DNA from: Octopus sinensis
Taxonomy: Eukaryota
Direction of reading: 5' to 3'
DNA length: 64,000 nucleotides
Assembly: GCF_006345805.1 (NCBI RefSeq)
Contig: NC_043003.1
Coordinates: 1,426,001-1,490,000 of the forward strand
Within the stretch, counting starts at the first letter, position 1, and every line of letters starts with the position of its first letter. Shown here one piece after another: positions 1 to 13,439 of this stretch. The notes beneath the pieces are model-generated. The model was not told the DNA's origin. It saw only the letters and a program-made list of their open reading frames with translations, and made no database searches. The position numbers and the translations under genes were made by a program.

Positions 1-554
1 CAAAAAGAAAATGACTCTCCCCAGACACAACAGAAAATGCTTCAACACACGAACTCACATAAAGAATCTTGCAAAGCAAATCCGAAAACGCAATATATAC
101 ATACGCATATATGAATACGTTTGTACATTTGATATTTTCTTTGAATACATCTGAGGTCTCTAACGGTCTTTGTTTATGAGCAGAATCGTTAGGGAGTTGG
201 ACAAAACTCTGCGCAGTATCTAGTTGCTGCTTTGTATGGTCTAAGTTCAAATCCCGCCAAAGCCGACTTCGTCTTTTATTCTTCTGGAGTCGGTAAAATC
301 GTGAATCAGTCGAGTTTGATCTCAATATAACAGACTCCGCCCTCCTCCTCACCCCCCCCCCCAATGTACTTTAGTCAGAACTCCTCTTTGTTTTATCTTC
401 TCTCTTTACATTTTTTTTTTGCCAATCCATTTTCTCTTTAGAATTTATCCCCCGCCACTCTTTCGTTTTGACATTTCAATCTCCGTCTCATAATTTTTCC
501 CCTCACTCACAGGCATTGAAAACAAGGGAGGGCGATTCTAGAAATTTCCTATAA

Positions 555-613
<59 letters not shown>

Positions 614-3141
614 GCTTTTCTCTTCATTTCCCCATTCTGATTCTCAAACACACACACACACACTTGCATTTCTCTCTCTCTCTTTCCTTCCCTTTATCTC
701 TCACCCCTTTTGTCTCTCCTCTTTCTTCTCCTCTCTCTCTTCCTCTCTCTCTTAACTTCCCCTTGTTCATCCCAATCTCACTCCGTCCCTCACACTCTCT
801 CTCTCATTCTCATTTCACTTCAAATCAATCCTAGACATGCACAGTCCTTCCGCCCCGCCACTCCCATCTCACCCACCGTCGGTAAATACTTTCATTTAAA
901 CTTAGTGAAGCCTAAAGTTAAATTGAAAATTTGTCACGGTCTTTAATCCATAACAATGCCCAGTGGGAGAGCCACTGTATTGTTATTTCCCTCAAAAGGG
1001 GAGCGGGGCAAAGAATTAAGGGGCGGTGGAGACCCAGATGTGAATCATTAACTATTGTTGTTTACATGTTTCACAGAATACTTCAATGATTTATTTTCTC
1101 CTCATTACTGTGGTAAATTTTAATTAATTTAGTGCGCACTTAACTATTTGCTTTACATGCAGCAGGTTTCCCTGCGCATTCTTTATTTATTTATCTGTTT
1201 GCGGTGATTCTTTTAGGCAGTCACGCGCCTAAGTGTTCTTTCGGTAAAATTTGGCATGTTGACAGTTGATCGAAAACAGTTGATCGAAAACAGTTGATCG
1301 AAAACACTCGATCGGAAATAGGTTATCGGAATCAGCAGATCGAAATAGCAATCGCTGTAACACTGACTTGAATATCCAAGCAATCGATTTTTTTTTGCCA
1401 TTTTTCTTTTCTATCGCTTGTTTCAGTCATGCGACTGCGGCCATGCTGGGGCACCGCTTTGAAGTGTCTAGTCGAACGAATCAATTCCAGTAACTATGAG
1501 TTTTGTTGTTGTTTTTTTTTTCATCTGGAACTTATTCTATTGGTGTTATTTGCTGAGCCGCTAAGTTACGGATACGGAAACGTTAACAAACCAAATTCGG
1601 TTGCCAAGCGAGGGTGCAACAAACAGACATACACACACACACATATATATATATATCTATATATCTATCTGCATACACATACACACACGGCGGACTTTCT
1701 CATAGTTTCCGCTTACCAAATTCCCTTTCAAGGCATCGTTAGTCGACCTGGGGCTTGTGCGTTGGGACTGAAACCGAAACCGCGTCGTTCGCAAAGCTGC
1801 TTTTTCAGTCATACAGCCATAACATACATGCGTTTTGTGTGTGTGCGTGTGGCGGTGGGTTTCGTGCGTGTGTGTAACGGACTTCCACAGTTCCTGTCCA
1901 CCAAATTCCCTTTACAAGCATTTGTCAACCCATGGGTAAAGTGAAAGTCACTTACTTCAGGTATTACGCAGGGAGGATCGAAGCCAGAACCATATAGTTG
2001 TCAAAGAAACGTCTTAACCACACGTCTATTTTTTCCAACTCTTTTTATGCTAGAAGTCTCGACAACTCCACCCAGTATTGTGTACAAATCTTACTCGTAT
2101 TGACGAAGTCTTTTCTTTAATGATGTTTGATAAACCAGATACGGGACCAACTGTGATCCTGATCAAACGCTAACCAGAATCAGCCTCGTTTCAAAGAAAA
2201 ATATATCATTAATACATCAGTATATATTGGACAATAAAAATAATAGTGGTATTGCTAGAGTATTAATCGAATCTGGTTTTCCTTGCGTAACGCTTCTGTC
2301 TTTAAATCTTACAGAACATTAAGCTTGCTTTCATGTTCGGCCGGCATCGCCTACAGCATGCTAATGTTAAGACAATCTGTTACATCATTTTAGCTTCAAA
2401 CAATCGCGTCTGGTGCTTAAGAAAGCAATGAAGTGTGCGCACGGATTTAAAATAACAATTTTTATATAGCAATACTGGGTCTTGGGTTTGTGGCGGAATG
2501 CCTTTTCTCAAAGACATTAAAGACGCTGTGCAGGTGCGTGGCCTAGTAGTTACAGCATTAAGCTCACGATGATAAGATCGCGGGTTCGATTTCTGGGCCG
2601 GATGGTGCGTTGTATATTAGAGCCGAGCACTTCGTTTTACGCTGCTTTTGTCTCGTTAGATGAAAATGAGAACCAGCCAAGATCTGGTGCAGCTGCACTT
2701 GTCTCCGGCTGTAACACCACTGGGGTCACACTGGGTCGAATGTGGAAGACTATCGTGAACCAGATACACGTGTATATCAGTGGGGATATGCATTATTGTG
2801 CAATGAAGTTTCGGTGTTAATGAAATGATTTGGACACTGAAAACAGACCTTAAAGGGAAGAAAACTTTAAACCCAATGAATTCAGAGGAAAGCAATTATC
2901 AGCCAAGTATATTAGACAAAGGTGGGTTATTTTAGAGTTTTTACCCAATTACATTTCCTTTCCCATTTGCACGGTGTTCGCCATAAGATTTAAAGCTTAT
3001 AAAAAAATACCATTATTATTATTTAGAGTATTGTAAAATAGTGCCTCATTATTTAACACACTCACCGGTTCGATTTCCACTCATTTACTTTATTTTTTTC
3101 TAAAATGTTCGTTGCGTCTTGCAACCTTTTTTCAATAGTCA

Positions 3142-3178
<37 letters not shown>

Positions 3179-3270
3179 CTTTATTTGTTCCACGTCCTCG
3201 CGTTGTTGTATTTTTTTTGTGTTTTCTTTTTGGATTAACTACATATATATATATATATATATATAATATA

Positions 3271-3315
<45 letters not shown>

Positions 3316-3323
3316 ATATATAT

Positions 3324-3426
<103 letters not shown>

Positions 3427-3427
3427 G

Positions 3428-3611
3428 CGTAGGAGTGGCTGTGTGGTAAGTAGCTGATTACCAACCACATGGTTCCGGGTTCAGTCCCACTGCATGGCAC
3501 CTTGGGCAAGTGTCTTCTACTATAGCCCCGGGCTACCAAAGCCTTGTGAGAGGATTTGGTAGACGGAAACTGAGAAAGAAGCCTGTCGTATATATATATC
3601 TATATAATATA

Positions 3612-3662
<51 letters not shown>

Positions 3663-3895
3663 GTTTGTATGTATGTGTGTATATGCTTGTGTGTCTGTGT
3701 TTGTCCCCCCAACATCGCTGATGCTGGTGTGTTTACGTCTCCGTAACTTAGCGGTTCGGCAAAAGAGACCGATAGAATAAGTACTAGGCTTACAAAGAAT
3801 AAGTCCTGGACCCTATTTGCTCGACTACAGGCAGTGCTCCAGCATGGCCACAGTCAAATGACTGAAACAAATAAAAGAGTAAAAGAATATAGCAA
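3428..3895 (+). mobile_element. tRNA-derived SINE family A (full length, internal TA/TG microsatellite)
   Basis: ggagtggctgtgtggtaag head, gggttcagtccc B-box-like motif, ccttgggcaagtgtctt core and aaagagtaaaag tail. Related copies, approximately: 1408-1820(-), 5420-5580(-), 6205-6362(-), 18075-18525(-), 18850-19225(-), 20490-20965(-), 21285-21665(+), 23400-23600(+), 37375-37716(-), 49590-50038(-), 50866-51240(+), 54010-54175(-), 58801-58992(+). Confidence 0.85.
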
Positions 3896-5645
3896 GTGAG
3901 AATTTACAACGAAAACAAAACAAAGGACGAAGACGGGTTTGTAAACAACAAACCGGTGTATTAGTTTAACGCACGGGAAGTGAGAAAGTTTTTTACGTTT
4001 CGCCCCTACGCTTTTCGACTGAAAGGAACACAGAAATAAAAAAAGGGAAAAAAATAGAAAAAGGTTTAGTGGCTAGCGATCTATCATGGCGAATGCCGGA
4101 CAGAGGTGACACACAGGAAAGCTAGGAATAAGGGGAGATAATAAAGTAGTGGTGATCCCAGCAAGCTTCTTTATAGTGTTTGTCTACGAAATTTCGGTCC
4201 CAAGACTTTGGTCGACCATAGGCTATAGCCTTAAGAATCTATAATAAAACACAGGTTAGCGATTGTATCAATATGCCTTGACAGTGACTGTAATGAAAAC
4301 GGAACGTGGCAGAATTGTGTCTTCTTGAGTCCGGTGAATGATGTAATTCTTTACCCCACCAGTACGGAATGGTGAGATGTAGCAACACTGATAGTGAGAT
4401 GTAGGAAGTGCGTACAGACGGGACATATTTTGGCTAGGACAGGTTTTCTCATACAGGAATCTGAAATCTCAGTAGAATTCTTAAGGTCATTGCTGGTGCA
4501 TTATGAAAGATAATGATGGATTATCTCATCGCTTCGATGAAGGAGGATTTCAGCAAGACACGGCTTGGTAACTGTCTTGATCTACTGAACAACATGCACA
4601 ATGAACTTTATTTTAGTAAGCATGGTTTATGCAGAGCCAATCCTACTCTCTCGTCCTTCAAATTTGTATTGGTTTGGTACAATAAGCGCCGTAAACCCAG
4701 TAGTTATCAGAGTGCAGAAGTTGTACGGAGATACTTTCTCTTAGAAGAGCAGCTAGAGAGCTGAAGGACCTCGTCCGTCATGCGTCCGTCGAGGTGTCTG
4801 TGCGTGACCTACTTTCGGATAATATACTGTAATTTGATACGAAACAACGAAGCGAACCAAGGGGTCTTTCAAGTTGACCTTAAAAAAGAAAGGATCGATG
4901 ATGTCCAAGACATTTCAATAGCAGAAATAGTTCGAAAATGCAAGACACTTGATAAAGTCGTCCATGTTTTCGAATCAATATAGTCTTTACCAAACAACGG
5001 GCTGTTCTCATGTGAATGTTGTGATTAAACATAACCTGATTTTGATAACCAGGTCGATTGCGGCATAATCTGTCATCTGAAGGTCGAACATAAAAACGGA
5101 ACAAAGACAAAAAACGAAAACAAACACGTTATGCTGCGTTGATTTGTTCCAAGTCTACAATATTTGGTCGTCAGTGGAACTAAAAACAAATGAGAGAAGA
5201 ATGGAATTATTGAACTGCAGAGAAAAGTAGAGAATATTTGGTCACGGCTTTAACGCAAATATGTAATTAAGTCTGAGCTAAGATCAAAGAAAACACCTTT
5301 TTTAACCGACAGTAAAAGTGAGATTGCTTCCTTGCAACGGTTTCATAAATCTTTCATAGATTTCAGAGCTGAGTCTGGAGAGAGCGGAAAAGTAGTTTGC
5401 TTCAATGGACGTCGAAACAGCTTTTATTTTTTTTACTTTTTACTTGAACCAGGCTGGGCACCGCCTTCAAGGGGTTTAGTCGAAAAGATTTCCCCCAGTA
5501 ATTATTTTTTCAGTCTAGTTCTTATTCTACCGGTCTTTTTTGCCGAACCGCTACGTTACAGGATGTAAACAAAACAACAAAAATACATATACACACATAC
5601 ACACATATATATGCGCACGCACAGACACACACATACACACACAAG

Positions 5646-5679
<34 letters not shown>

Positions 5680-5755
5680 CATATACATACACATATACAT
5701 ATATACATAAATACATACATACATACATACATACATACATACATACATACATACA

Positions 5756-5789
<34 letters not shown>

Positions 5790-6171
5790 GTGAGAGAGAG
5801 AGAGAGAGAGAGCAATAAGAAAATGGAAGGGATCAATAGGTGGTTCATCAACTTATATATATATATCAAAAGGATGTGCTATAACACTCTTCCACATCTA
5901 CAAAAACAGCCATACCAACAATCCAACAAACCTCCATCATCAGCTGCCCCACAGATATCATTATGGTTTCGACACCCGGGCAGTAACCATTCAATCCGGT
6001 GGTGTCAACAGCACTAAAAGAAGTGCTGCTTGGGAACAAACATACCAAAAAGCAAAACACACAACTTTCAAACACATTTACCCCGTGTACAACCGTATCG
6101 GTAAATTCAATAAGTAAATCAATAACCAACTCCTAAATATGTAACTATATATATATGTGTGTGTGTGTGTG

Positions 6172-6209
<38 letters not shown>

Positions 6210-7324
6210 GACGGGTTTCTTTCAGTTTCTGACAACCAAATCCAATCACAAGGCTTTGGTCGGCCCGAAGCTATAGCATAAGACACTTGCTTGCCTAAGG
6301 GGCCACGCAGTGAGACCCAAGACCAAATGGATGGCAACCAAGCTTCTTACCCACGTAGCCATGGGAGAAAGATAGAGAGAGATGGTGGGGCAGGGGGGGG
6401 GCATTACTGTTGAATTCATTTTCATTAAAGAATTATAGCGGACAAATTGATTACCGCTCTGCATTGTGTATGTGTATAAATTACTAAATATACATATTTT
6501 TCTTTATCACTGAAGTTGCTCAGTCGCGTAAATGCTGACTCATAATTGTGTACACACCAACTGATATATATTACGAACACTCTATCTCTGTTTGACACAC
6601 AGTAACAGAACAGCAACGAAGATATGTGTTTATTAACCGATAAATACGACTGTTTTATCTTTAATCTCTTCATATATTAGTAACTTCTATTATTGTTTTT
6701 CTTCTCGTCGTTGTTGTTGTATACCTCTTCACCACCCCCGCCAATCAGCTTCTTGTCTCTCTACGACTTTGCTTTAATGCAATGTTCTGGCATGCAATTA
6801 TGTCAAAGTTTAAATTTAACCTTATCTGGGTTTTTTATTACGTTAACTGGATATGGAACAAACTTAAGTCGATATTTTTCCTAGAAATTTATGAGTACTT
6901 GATTGAGAACTAAATACTCTGTGGCGATATAAATAATGTGTCCTGGCCTCTGGAGTAGCAAGAGTGTGTTCCCCTGGGTCAGCCCTTCAGTTTGCACCGT
7001 CCACGACACACACACACATACCTAAGTCCTCCAAGTCTATATACAGGCTTATACTGCAGACCCAAATGTGTTGACCTCACAACAGCGTCGCCCATGATGG
7101 ACTACTCTCTCACCTTGCCCCTCGCGCATCACCCTCTCGCATCGCCCTCAAGTATCTCCCCTCACCTCGCTCCCTTGCATTACCCCGTCACATCGCCTTC
7201 GCACCCACTAGCGCCATTCAACTCTCGACCCCTCATTCAGCAACACTTGTGATCCGTCTCGACCACGGTCGAACAATGATGAATGATGATGATCCTGGCC
7301 AAAGATGAGAGTATTGATAATATA

Positions 7325-7712
7325 CTTTTCTACTCTAGGCACAGGGCCCGAAATTTGGGGGGAGGGGACCAGTCGATTAGATCGACCTCAGTACGCAACT
7401 GGTATTTAATTTATCGACCCCCGAAAGGATGAAAGGCAAATTCGAACTCGGCGAAATTTGAACTCAGAACGTAGCGGCAGACGAAATACCTATTTCTTTA
7501 CTACCCACAAGGGTAGGACAAACAAGGATAGACAAACGGATTAAGTCGATTACATCCACCCCAGTGCGTAACTGGTACTTAATTTATCGACCCTGAAAGG
7601 ATGAAAGGCAAAGTCGACTTCGGCGGAATTTGAACTCACAACATAACGGCAGACGAAATACGGCTACGCATTTCGCCCGACGTGCTAACGATTCTGCCAG
7701 CTCCTCGCCGCC
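7325..7712 (-). mobile_element. tRNA-derived SINE family B, dimeric copy
   Basis: Minus strand: ggcgaggagctggcagaatcgttag head and gagttcaaattccgcc B-box. Related copies, approximately: 175-315(+), 15095-15256(-), 15700-15890(-), 21035-21130(-), 23615-23820(-), 31530-31730(-), 37780-38190(-), 47575-47930(+). Confidence 0.85.
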
Positions 7713-7904
7713 GCCTCAGAGCAACGATAATATAAGAACATGAGGAGGCTTACACTACTCTCACCAGCAAAACTCCACTTTTTCTACCGATGAGCAACGA
7801 GCAGCACCCCGCCCTCCCCCCACAACGTCTACCCAAGCATTTATCTGTTCATGCTGATAGGTTATCTATAACAACTCTGACCCTGTCGCATAATTTGACT
7901 TCCT

Positions 7905-8140
7905 CTTTGTGGCCTAGAGGTTAGGGCATTGCGATCACGACTGCATCGTCATGGTTTCGATTCACAGGCAGGGACAGCTTTGCATTGTGCTCTTGAGCAA
8001 AACACTTCATTTCACGTTACTTGAGTCCAGTCTGGTGTGTATGAGAAACCTTGCAATGAAGTGGAGTCTCGTTCCGGGGAAAATGTTGCCATTTCCATTA
8101 ATTGTAAACCATGGAAACCGAGCAACCAGGTAACCCGCTC
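7905..8140 (+). mobile_element. tRNA-derived SINE family C
   Basis: gtggcctagaggttaggg head, ggtttcgattc B-box and cttgagcaaaacacttcatttcac core. Related copies at ~2530-2760(+) and ~57640-57840(-). Confidence 0.65.
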
Positions 8141-8884
8141 CGTGGGTGCTGGACATTCAACCTCTTTTGTTGACAGCAGACTCTTGGTATTGAAGACAAA
8201 TACACACACGCACACACACACGCACACACACACACATACATGCGTGCATATAGAGTGAGAGAAGAAGGGGGAGAGAAAGACTACAATTTATTAATTGAAC
8301 GCGATTAACATAAACACGTTCCCTTATACACATAAAGAGAAATACACTCTACATAAACAGAGAGGAAGAGAGAGAGTGTGTGTGGAAGAGAGAGAGGGGG
8401 AGAGATAGAGTGTGGAAGAGGGAGAGAGAAGGAGAGAGAGACCATTAAAATGTCTGATGTTAAATAAGTCATCGTCAAAACAGCGATGCCAAAACGGCTG
8501 CGCCAGAACGTCTCATACCCTCCCCCGGAAACAAAGAGGCCAACAGCATGGTCAGTAACATGAGCATATCTTCAAGCAAAGGCTTAAGGTCACACGGGGA
8601 CTGTCGCACATCTGTGGCCTGGCAGTTTATTTGCTCGCCAGCGCTTTGTATTGCTTCTTAAAGTGGTTTTGTTTAGTTTTAATATGAGTGAGTTACAAAG
8701 AACGGAATCGAGAGTTTTGGTTACATTAATGGTGGCTAAACTAGTACGATGGTGTAGCATAATCATTCCTAATACGGTCCAGCAGCTTCGGACCTGAATA
8801 TGCTAATCGCTGTTGTGTTAGTCATAGGAGAATGGCTTCTCCTCTATACGACGCGTATACGTCCTCAATTCATTATTACAAATG

Positions 8885-8934
8885 ATTCTGGGACATCCGA
8901 TGTTTCGACATTGTTGCATCTCGTCAGTCAAAAG
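8885..8934 (-). ncRNA. Type I hammerhead ribozyme motif with intact core (retrozyme-like family, copy A)
   Basis: Minus strand: cuuuuga-CUGACGA-gaug caacaa uguc-GAAAC-aucggau-GUC-ccagaau. All core nucleotides and the G10.1-C11.1 pair are present, with a GUC cleavage triplet. Helix I is imperfect. Confidence 0.7.
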
Positions 8935-9782
8935 CAATCACGGACCAATGAATCTAACAAGAGCTGATGAGATGCTTTATAACTGCAGCGAGCAAACTGT
9001 TCGATGATTGAACCGATAACAGATCGTGTGATATGCACGATAAACAGCGCGATTCAAAACGACGACTTTTAATATTCATTTGTAACCCCAACAGATATCA
9101 GCATGAGGTGCTCCTCTTATTATTATCATTAATTGTTACTGATGTTGATAATTACTCAAATATTTTACGGTCCGTTTTGTAGTTTATATCAAATACAAAT
9201 GTTTTTCAATTTTCTTTTATACCATGGAAGTTTTTTTTATATTTTTGTTTTGTTTTTGCTTTTATATTTTACACTTCCTTCTTTAGATGTTTGATACAAA
9301 GTTTTATTTCCGTTGTGTTTGGTTTTAATGAATTATATTTGAGGTTGTTTCTGTTTTTTCTGGCTTTTTTTTTCGTGAAGTTGCTTGTTTCCGGTTTAGT
9401 AAAAGGGTTTGTAATTTCTTTGTTGTCTGTTGAAATATGTATTTTTAGATGCGTCTATAATTAATTGGGTTGATTGTATGTACTGCACTGCCCATGACAA
9501 AGATTTTATTGAATCCTGGAAACTCTGATTCTGTTTCCTGGTGGAACGCGTTCCATTTTATTTCATTCTTTTTCAAGTTTTAAAACTGCTTTTTTCCTCT
9601 CGTCATTTATGCGTGTTGCGCTGATCACGTGTTGGGCGGTCGGCGGAAGTTTGGAGGTTGTTTGCCCGGTTGTTGTGGTGGCTAAGTGTAAAGTAAAATG
9701 CGATATCTGAGCAAGTGTAGTGGTAATTGTTATGTGTGTGTGTGTGTGTGTGTGTGTTGTGTGTGTGTGTGGTGTGTGTGTG

Positions 9783-9817
<35 letters not shown>

Positions 9818-9818
9818 G

Positions 9819-9850
<32 letters not shown>

Positions 9851-11479
9851 GTTGCTGTGAATTGTTTAGGATATAGAGTGAGTCTAGTTGAGATGCTACT
9901 AGGTTACCTCCCCCGATTAAGATGTTTGTAGCCTTGATGTATAATCTGTACGTCAAGGCTAAGTTGGTGAGATCTGTTATATACACATACACACACACAC
10001 ACATACACACACATACACACACATATGTATGTATGTATGTATGTATGTATGTCATTCTGAATAATTTAATGTGGATATACTGTATAAAGCCAGAAAATTG
10101 TGGTATTAGTCTCACGAAAGCATCTTGTATAGTGCTAAAAAGCACAAAAATACTTAAGTAGCATGATTAGACGAATTTGTTTTCTACTGTTCCAAAGAAA
10201 CGGTGATTGACAAATCGCTTCTGTCGCAAGCTGTTGGCGGCGGGCTGCGTTCCATTTCGTTATTAGCGACGGAAGCGGTGTTGATTCGTCTCAGCAAACG
10301 GTTGATATTTATTACTGATGACGCTGAAGGAAGCTGAAAACTAGATTTAGCAATCCCACAGCCGTTAACTTCACGCTTTTCGTCTGCCATTGATGTACCG
10401 CAATTTTCTAGCTTTCCACAGTATACCCACGTTAAGAAATATGTACAGAATTCTATTGAACTAATACCACTTCAGTCGCTAATAAGTAACGTGTGTACAT
10501 ACGACTGTGTTTCCTTTTGCTAGTTTTTTTTTTCATTGTGAATGACTATATTCCTTGTGTAGTGTCGTTTGTCATTAGTTTACGAATGTCCTTTGTGACA
10601 TCTGTGTATAGAATACAGAATGAGATCACTTCTATTATGAAAGAGTCTGCGTTGTCTGATTTGAGCATAATTTGAAATGCTAGGTGTTCTCTTTTCAAGT
10701 AGTTGAATTATTAATACACGAATGTTTCGTGTGATTATAAAATCTTTTTATTCCATAAAGGTGATTTTAATACCGTTGATGCTGTACTGCAAAACGTTTA
10801 GCTTTTCTTTTGTATCATGCTTATAAAGTTTATTCTTATGGCAAGCGTTTGTTTGCTTAATGTATTCCGTGCTGACTTGCGTCGTTGATTATAGAGATAA
10901 CAAGTGTCATTCGCTGTCAGTGTCATTGCAGTTGTTGTTGCTAGTGATTATGTTGTTGTTTTCCCAGTAAAGTTGTGTATTTTTCACGAGTGTTTTCATG
11001 TTCGGACATTACGAGAATATATCCGAAACGAGACAATTAGAGAGTAGAGCAAAGTGAACGACGTGGTCGTTCACTTTACGATTCTTCTGGGCCAGACATG
11101 TCGCGAGGCTCAGACAGCAGGTGAACCTGAGTCCTTGCCAATTGGTATCAAAAAGATTGAAAAAAGCCTTTTTAAGGCATCCACGGCGATGAGAGAACGA
11201 TTTAGTAAAATAATTTCGGCCAAGATGGAAAGAAGGGCTTATTCAAGAAAGAATTGGATGTGCATTGTGACGAGCGATGTATAACGGGACTGCATTATCT
11301 ATTGTATTCGTTCCTTTTTTATTTAATGACACTTGATGAATATTTGGCTGTTATTTCTGTTAGCTCAAACGACCACGTCGAGCCTCCCTCAGAAACGAAA
11401 GAATAAAATCACGTGACTCTAATATCTTTTGGCAATGGGACAAGGTCACAGATTCAGCGAGAGTGGTATAGTCAATTAC

Positions 11480-11690
11480 GTTGACCTCTGGTAACTTTAC
11501 CTCTGACCGCTGGTAACCAGGGCTGGTAGCTCCTGTTCCACAGCCATCTTGATGAAACGATTGCAGCCTCCGCAACCGTCCTGATGGCCTTCCCCTACTG
11601 GCCCCTGTGATGCCGAGCATGATGTATTCTCTGCCGACAGACTTGCCTGCAAACTCCTAGCATCTCAGAGTAATCTGGACCGTGGCACCC
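11480..11690 (-). mobile_element. HERO-like RLE non-LTR retrotransposon 3' fragment
   Basis: Minus strand, across frameshifts: GFAGKSVGREYIMLGITGASRG..IRTVAEAAIVSSRWLWNR, resembling the GFAGQS..LGITG..AI..EAAE.ASRWLW C-terminus as recalled for HERO elements. Confidence 0.55.
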
Positions 11691-12370
11691 ATACATATAA
11701 TATCCAATAAGAAAAGACAACAACACAACAGTAACATACAAATAATAATAAACTCACGTTCGTATTTCTATATTTAATTCATAAGGCATTAAAATGCTCG
11801 CTCCACGGTAAAAAAGAAAAAAATAACAACTACACGGGTCCGTCTGTTGTCTGTGAACTTTACGACATGTTCGGCTCGGTGGAACTTGTGCTTTCGGCAT
11901 TCTGCGATCAGGTCGTCCACCCAACTCCATTATCAAATTATTTCATCTTGCAATGAATATTTCTAGCACGGCTCTTTCCGCGGCCCTTTGCGTCGTGGCC
12001 AATCGGTGTTTTTTGTTTTGTTTTGTTTTGTTGGGTTTTTTTCCCCTCTGTGTAGTGTCACATGTCTCACTTGCGAATTAGAGCCCATGTAGGATGGTGT
12101 CAGTTTAGAGAGTGGCAGGTCGGGGTCTTGTCCAGTTTCGCTTCGTAGACAAAATAGATGCAGTCGGAAAAGGTAGCAGAAGAGGTGGAATGGAGGTGGG
12201 AAACGATGGCGTCGAGGAGGAGGAGGGAAAGAATTACGTCTTCTTGGGACACGCAGTGAATATGCGCCGAGACAAGGAATCACGCAGAGAATAAGGGCCG
12301 GATGGAGGGTGTTTAACTCTATAATTAAAAAAAAAAAGATGTTTTGGATATATGTCCGAAAAATAGAAAA

Positions 12371-12690
12371 CAGAAATCCCTCGACTATCGCGGGTGTTAC
12401 GTTCCAACCCCCCGCGATAGGTGAAAATCCGTGCAGTAGAAACAGTACTGTATAGTTTTTTATATTATTTTTGTAATTTGTATATATTTATTTTATTATA
12501 AATGCAAAACACCACCCCCCACTCGCCTCCCCAGTTCCGTTTTCCTTACAGTATCTACGATTCTTTGTTTCCTCATCTACGCTACTCTCCTACCTATTTT
12601 CTTTTAATATAATTTAATTAATGTGTTATACAGTGCAGTACTGTATTTTTGTTTATTAATTTATTAATCTTCAGGCGTGAAAATGTTTAT
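12371..12690 (+). mobile_element. Tigger/pogo-like MITE fragment
   Basis: cagaaatccctcgactatcgcggg end. About 140 nt are homologous, in inverted orientation, to 18600-18747. Confidence 0.6.
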
Positions 12691-13439
12691 TTTAACAATA
12701 TTTAGTAATTAAAGTCTGTCATTATTTGCTCTGGTTAATTCTAGAGGACATTTTATGTCATAAATCGCCATTTGTGGACTACAAAAATATCGACTGTTTC
12801 GGGGAAACGTATTTTTTCTTGTTATTTTATTATTATTTTTTTTTTTGTTTTTGCATTTCCCATTTATATCATTCGTTGATATTTCATACACCTTCTCATT
12901 TGATATTACAGTTTCAAAAAAAAAAAAACAACTAAAATGTTTATTATTGCAATTGAATAGAAAAGGATAAATGTGCGTTTTTCAGTGATCTCCATTTGGG
13001 ACTTGTCGAAAAATTTATCATAATTTCCAAAATAATTAACATATGAAGAAAATTTAAATACTTCATATTATTTTAACTCCTAAGACACCTGGTAAAACCA
13101 AAAGATATGAATGAAAAAGTTTGGAAATTAATGGGTTAAGAGTACACGTTTTTGTAGAGTGCTCAGCCACTTGCACGTGAGTTTCACGAGCAAGCTGTTC
13201 CGTTGATCGGATCATCTGAACCCTCGTCGTCGCAACCGACGGAGTACTAATAGTATTCACGGTTTTGTATGTATTGTAATCCGAGTTAAGGTGTGTTGGG
13301 TCATAGTAACACAAGTAACCTATATCGTTATCACAACGAAGTCGAGCGGTCGGTGGCATAGCAACATAAAGATCGAAAAAAGTGGGTGGTTGACAACAAT
13401 AAATATAGTGAGGCAGATAAAATAGCAGCTTCTATATTT

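Noticed and set aside
4270-5100. Possible Penelope RT remnant on the minus strand (SRLYALP resembling PRLYGLP)
   Set aside because: Similarity is too weak to call without an HMM search.
8801-8970. ORF MLIAVVLVIGEWLLLY... as a signal-peptide first exon, with paralogous copies at 43.5 and 43.8 kb
   Set aside because: It is the antisense strand of the hammerhead repeat. The copies differ by frameshifting indels, two lie downstream of the CRD exon, and there is no phase-0 donor.
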